Assembly (NCBI GenBank): GCA_051530055.1
Contig: CM121343.1
Coordinates: 3,690,389-3,754,388, forward strand
Reading direction: 5' to 3'
Origin: Neoechinorhynchus agilis
Taxonomy: Eukaryota > Animalia > Acanthocephala
Length of the DNA stretch: 64,000 nt
The position numbers and the translations under genes are program-made. The notes below the pieces were generated by a model. The model ran no database searches. It saw only the letters and a program-made list of their open reading frames with translations, and was not told the origin of the DNA. Of the stretch, positions 59,502-64,000 are shown in pieces. Positions within the stretch are counted from its first letter, which is position 1. Every line of letters begins with the position of its first letter.

Positions 59502-60725
59502 ATGAGACACGAGGAGGAAAGACGGGAATTTCGTAAACGTCTCTGGGATCCTCGCGGTCTGGATAGTTTTGTGCCTGGGATTTGTCAAACTAAGAAGAAG
59601 TTACCTCGAAATGAGCACTGTGATCATGACCGCCCCGCTATGGCCGACACACAAGTTGGATCTTTAAAGCACGTCGATGACCGTTGCTTATTTTTCTTCG
59701 ACAGAGTAGGCGAAGAGCCGGGTAAAACTCCAACGTACGTTTGTCCTTATAAAGTCGCATTGAGCGACAAAGTCACCGTAATTCAACTGGAAGAGCAAGT
59801 AATTAGTCGCCGTACAAAAATAAATTGTTTTAACTGTCAGCAGGAAGGCCATATTGTTCCTGACTGTCCCTTTGAGCATAATGAATTAAGGATTCGTCAA
59901 AATCGATTAAAGTATCGTAAAACTAGACAGTCGTCTTTGGAGATACCAAGATCGTATCGGTATCATGGGTTAGCCGGTGCGGGACGTTCGCGTAAATTCG
60001 CAAATATTCGTCCTGGTGAGTACAGTGAGAATCTCCGCCGTGCTCTTGGTTTACGCCGGTATCAGCTTCCCCCGTTTATATATCGAATGCGCCAAATAGG
60101 ATATCCTAGTGCATGGCTTAAGGAGATCGAGTCCGGATTTTCCATTCACGGAGGTGGAGCACTTGCAGCTGGTGCTGATGATGAAGATAGGATCCAATAT
60201 GATGTTGAGAAATTTGTTCACTTTCAAGGGGTTACTTCGCCTGTTCCGCAAGGTTTTAAGGACGAAAATGAGAAATACTGTGTTCCTCGTTATAAACCAG
60301 ATTTAATCCCACTCCCAAAGGCTTTAAGGACTAAATCGCCGAATTCTACAAAAGAGCATATTGTTCGCCATTCAACGCCGAAGAATAAGTTCCATTGCGA
60401 AGATATTAAATTGCAAGATTCTTGCACAAATGGTGACAACGAGTCAGAAGATACACACGAGGTAGTTACACAACCTAAAGGTGAACAAGAAGTGGAACTG
60501 ATGATCAATGATATGCCGCAAGATTCTTTGATTGGTTCGAGTATTTCCGTAGATGATGGAACACCGATATTGTTGACAGAAGATAGAATGAATTGCAAAG
60601 TTCCGGATAGTCACAATTTTTCTGCTGGTATTGGAGAGCACAGAATATTCGAAAATTTGCCAGGGTCCACTGGTAATTTTCAAAGGATTATAGAGACGGT
60701 TAAGCGCCTGAAAAAACAAAACTAA
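59502..60725 (+). CDS. ZCCHC8: ZCCHC8 (NEXT complex zinc-knuckle + PSP domain protein)
   Basis: CFNCQQEGHIVPDC knuckle, then RYH, IRPGEYSENLRRALGL...LPPFIYRMRQIGYP.AWL (PSP domain). Confidence 0.9.
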   Translation: MRHEEERREFRKRLWDPRGLDSFVPGICQTKKKLPRNEHCDHDRPAMADTQVGSLKHVDDRCLFFFDRVGEEPGKTPTYVCPYKVALSDKVTVIQLEEQVISRRTKINCFNCQQEGHIVPDCPFEHNELRIRQNRLKYRKTRQSSLEIPRSYRYHGLAGAGRSRKFANIRPGEYSENLRRALGLRRYQLPPFIYRMRQIGYPSAWLKEIESGFSIHGGGALAAGADDEDRIQYDVEKFVHFQGVTSPVPQGFKDENEKYCVPRYKPDLIPLPKALRTKSPNSTKEHIVRHSTPKNKFHCEDIKLQDSCTNGDNESEDTHEVVTQPKGEQEVELMINDMPQDSLIGSSISVDDGTPILLTEDRMNCKVPDSHNFSAGIGEHRIFENLPGSTGNFQRIIETVKRLKKQN

Positions 60726-61159
60726 CTGTTTTTGTATCGTTTGGCATTATAGATCGATCTGTTCATATTCTTTAGATTTAAGCACTTGTGGCAATTAGAT
60801 AAGCTCAGTTTTAAACGTTCAATCATGAATCCAAATGTGTCATAGCCTTCTTCGCCAAAAACGTCGGTTGGACTCACTTGTTGTAGCCGCAAAAGTTTAC
60901 ACAAAAGGAGGTAGTAATGCTCGGCGAAATTAACTGAGAAAAACGCTGCGCAATAGCCCTACTTCACGATTTCACTAATTTTAAACAAAAGGGTTAACCT
61001 CCGGGAGACCAACTGATATCTTAAAACTCTAATACGTTAAGAATCATGTCTAAGATATCACCACAGTGAGGGACGGCTTCAAAGTACCACCTCAAAATTC
61101 CTCGGGTGCAAAGGGAAATCTTTTATCTCAAGCACATTATTAAATAATATTTTGCCGAG

Positions 61160-61775
61160 GTGGATAAATGGATTAAAGCTCCTGATCGCAGTTGGTGGGC
61201 CAAAGGGTTCGTATCCGTGACTGTTGATGACGACACAACCAAAGGGAACGGAAGGGAAGAGGCCGCCTCCTCGGGAAAGACCCATACAAAACTCATAACC
61301 GCGTCGAATGGTTCAGCAGGGTATTAAGTGTGATTTCATGCGTTTCCCTGACCAGTGAATCGATGGGAGGAACATTATCAGCCTTGAGAAAGGCCACAAA
61401 TAAAACACTGAGTAAAAGTTACCTGCTGGCTAGACTTCAAAAATAGGAAAAAAAATCAATTGGCCAAAATCAAAAGTGGCAAAGTTTGTACACGTGGTCA
61501 AGTGGATTAAAGCTCCTGATCGCAGTTTGTTGGGCCAAAGGGTTCGTATCCGTGACTGCTGATGACACGCAACCAAAGGAGACGGAAGGGAAGAGGCCGC
61601 CTCCTCGGGAAAGACCCATACAAAACTCATAACCGCGTCGAATGGTTCAGCAGGATACTAAGTGTGATTTTAATCGTTTCCCTGACCAGTGAATCGATGG
61701 GAGGAACATTATCAGCCTTGAGAAAGGCCACAAATAAAACACTGAATAAAAGTTACCGGCTTTCGAGACTTCAAA
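61160..61775. repeat. Dispersed ~330-bp repeat family, tandem dimer
   Basis: GGATTAAAGCTCCTGATCGCAG occurs at ~61170 and ~61504 (period ~334); homologous to 30860-31400 and 46340-46560. Confidence 0.92.
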
Positions 61776-62245
61776 GTTTGGTGATATAGAGATTAATTTA
61801 TTGATTTCCTTTTACAATATTTGGTCCGTCGTCTCGGATTTCTTCGGTTGAAAAAAAGCTTAAAAGTAACCTGAAGAAGTCCTACGAGACGGACGAAATA
61901 TTGTGAAATGGAATCAATAAATCGATATCGATGTCAGACCAAACAAAATATATCCACGAAAGCAACTTCTTTACAATAACTCTGTCTCTTTGTGTAATGA
62001 CAGTTTTTATTCTTGCTCTATGAATCCCAATAATTGGTATAAGGCGAAATTGTCTATAAACATTTATCATTGATGAATGACCAATTAAATTAAAGTATTT
62101 ATAATTTCATTACTTTGTTTAAACTAACAATTTTAACCATTAGCAGAATTCGATTGGTGGTTGTGACGAAACCGACCACCTCGATTCTTCCGTGTGTCTA
62201 TCCGTTTTTATCTAGTTCTGTTGCGCTTCAGATATTCCCTCTGCG

Positions 62246-64000
62246 ATGTCCTCTAACACGTTCGATTCTGTGCTTCTGAGCGGGGAGCGGGATAGCGGTG
62301 AGTCCGGTCGTCAGCAGAATGTGGCCGCCGTCGGTGTGGTTGCGAGTGTCATGAGTTCCAGTCTCGGTCCGTTGGGCCTTGATAAGATGATGGTGGATGA
62401 AATCGGGGATGTGGTAGTGACTAACGATGGAGCGACCATTCTTCAGCTATTGGACGTGCAACATCCAGCCGCGAAGTGTTTGGTTGATTTGGCTAGTCTT
62501 CAGGACCGAGAGGTTGGCGATGGAACCACTTCCGTCGTCTTAATTGCGTCCGAGTTGCTTGTAGCGGCTGAGCAGTTGATGAAACAGAATGTTCATCCGA
62601 CTACTATTATGAGTGGATATCGTTTGGCTTGCAAGACCGCTATAAAGTACATGGAAAACAAACTTGCATTTTACGCGACTACATTGGGTGAAGCGAGTGT
62701 TTTGAATTCGGTCAAGACGTGCCTATCAAGTAAAGTGTTGGCTCAAGAGAATGAATACTTTAGCCGTATTTGCGTCCTTGCTTGTCGATACATCGCTTCT
62801 TCTTCTTTAGCCGGAAAAGTTAATTCGAAGAATAAACCAGGTCGAGGAGATATAGATGTTGCCGTGACTGGAATTGAGCAGAAAACTCCTCATCTCGTTA
62901 CAATCGCCGGAGCTGACATAACTAGATCACAAGCGCTAACTAGCCCGGACTCCAAGAAAAACGATCTTTGTTCCTCTAATGTCAAAGTGAGATATCCTTT
63001 AGAATCGATAAATATTTTGAAAGCCCATGGCCGTTCATTGAACGAAAGCTTTTTAGTAAATGGATATGCCATTAATTGCACAGTGGCAAGTCAAGCAATG
63101 CCGAAGAAAATCATGAACGCTAAAATCGCGTGTCTAGACTTTAATTTGACCAAAACGAGGATGAAACTTGGGATTCAAGTCGTGGTTCAGAATCCGGATG
63201 ATCTGGTAGCAATCAGACAACGCGAGATCGACATCAGTCGTGAGAAAATCCGTAAGATTCTAAGCAGCGGTGCGAATGTCGTGTTCACAACGGCCGGAAT
63301 TGACGATATATGTATGAAACCTTTTATAGAGGCGTGTGTAATGGCCGTTCGAAGATGCAAAAAGAGTGATCTGAAAAGAATTTGCAAATCTACTGGCGCC
63401 TCAATGGCTTACACAATGTCTGACATTGACGGAGATGAAGTATTTGCGGAATCGATGCTAGGTCATGCTGAGATGATCGCCCAGGAACGTATTGGAGACA
63501 ACGAACTCATTATTATCAGAGGTCCCAAGTGTAGAAGTGCAGCATCCATCATCATCCGTGGTCCATGTGACGCCGTTTGCGATGAAGCCGAACGTAGCAT
63601 CCACGACGGTCTTTGTGTTGTTAAAAGAGTCCTTGAATCAAATAGGCTGGTTGCTGGTGGTGGCGCCATTGAAGCCGCCTTATCTGTTCATCTCGAAAAC
63701 TTTGCCTCTACCGTCAGCTCACGGGAACAAATGCCAATCGCAGAGTATGCCAATGCTTTACTCGTTATACCCAAATGTCTAGCTACAAATGCAGGCAAAG
63801 ATGCATGTGATTTAGTCGGAAAACTCAGGGCTTGCCATCACAGATACGCAGCAGGGCAATCACAAGATGAAGAATTCCAATATTATGGTCTTGACCTATT
63901 AGGAGAGATGGGATTAATCAATTGCAAAGATGGCGGAATCCTTGAACCACTCGTTGCCAAGGTTAAGTGCTTGAAATTCGCCACAGAAGCGGCGATCACC
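62246..64000 (+). CDS. TCP1: T-complex protein 1 subunit alpha (CCT1), 3' end outside the window
   Basis: SSLGPLGLDKMMVDEIGDVVVTNDGATIL, EVGDGTTSVV, RYPLESINILKAHG, GGGAIEAALSVHLENFA and KFATEAAIT. The open frame runs off the window, so it is absent from the ORF track. Confidence 0.95.
   Translation, partial: MSSNTFDSVLLSGERDSGESGRQQNVAAVGVVASVMSSSLGPLGLDKMMVDEIGDVVVTNDGATILQLLDVQHPAAKCLVDLASLQDREVGDGTTSVVLIASELLVAAEQLMKQNVHPTTIMSGYRLACKTAIKYMENKLAFYATTLGEASVLNSVKTCLSSKVLAQENEYFSRICVLACRYIASSSLAGKVNSKNKPGRGDIDVAVTGIEQKTPHLVTIAGADITRSQALTSPDSKKNDLCSSNVKVRYPLESINILKAHGRSLNESFLVNGYAINCTVASQAMPKKIMNAKIACLDFNLTKTRMKLGIQVVVQNPDDLVAIRQREIDISREKIRKILSSGANVVFTTAGIDDICMKPFIEACVMAVRRCKKSDLKRICKSTGASMAYTMSDIDGDEVFAESMLGHAEMIAQERIGDNELIIIRGPKCRSAASIIIRGPCDAVCDEAERSIHDGLCVVKRVLESNRLVAGGGAIEAALSVHLENFASTVSSREQMPIAEYANALLVIPKCLATNAGKDACDLVGKLRACHHRYAAGQSQDEEFQYYGLDLLGEMGLINCKDGGILEPLVAKVKCLKFATEAAIT

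Noticed and set aside
61561-61572. GATGACACGCAA match to U6 snRNA
   Set aside because: Only 12 nt, variable among copies of the same repeat, and no other U6 sequence (ACAGAGA box) is nearby.

Overview
Eukaryotic, most likely animal, genomic window from a compact, intron-poor genome. The introns I could model are mostly 40-65 nt, and several 1.5-3 kb CDSs have no introns. The taxon cannot be assigned from the sequence. Recognisable housekeeping genes: a BAG6-like UBL protein, PDIA3/ERp57, a Rac-type GTPase, an ACAD9-like protein, Rab GDI, Rab18, an SBF1/2 (MTMR5/13)-like protein, an SLK/STK10 kinase, GPCPD1/GDE5, HIPK, ZCCHC8 and TCP1/CCT1 (truncated by the window end), plus two or three orphan ORFs. 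The intergenic spaces hold several unrelated short satellite arrays (about 240, 100, 165, 147 and 120 bp units), dispersed unclassified repeats, and decayed non-LTR retrotransposons (several CRE-type RLE elements and one L2/CR1-group fragment). Three observations stand out. (1) Two arrays of the same ~100-bp satellite face each other as ~1.6-1.8 kb inverted arms around a 2.6-kb cassette. (2) That cassette contains a spliced gene missed by the ORF track, encoding a degenerate Hv1-like voltage-sensor-domain protein. (3) A near full-length CRE-type retrotransposon has its 5' 2.6 kb inverted relative to its 3' end, between a candidate target-site duplication; this matches the twin-priming architecture known from L1. 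All homology calls are by eye from remembered family motifs; no database search was run.
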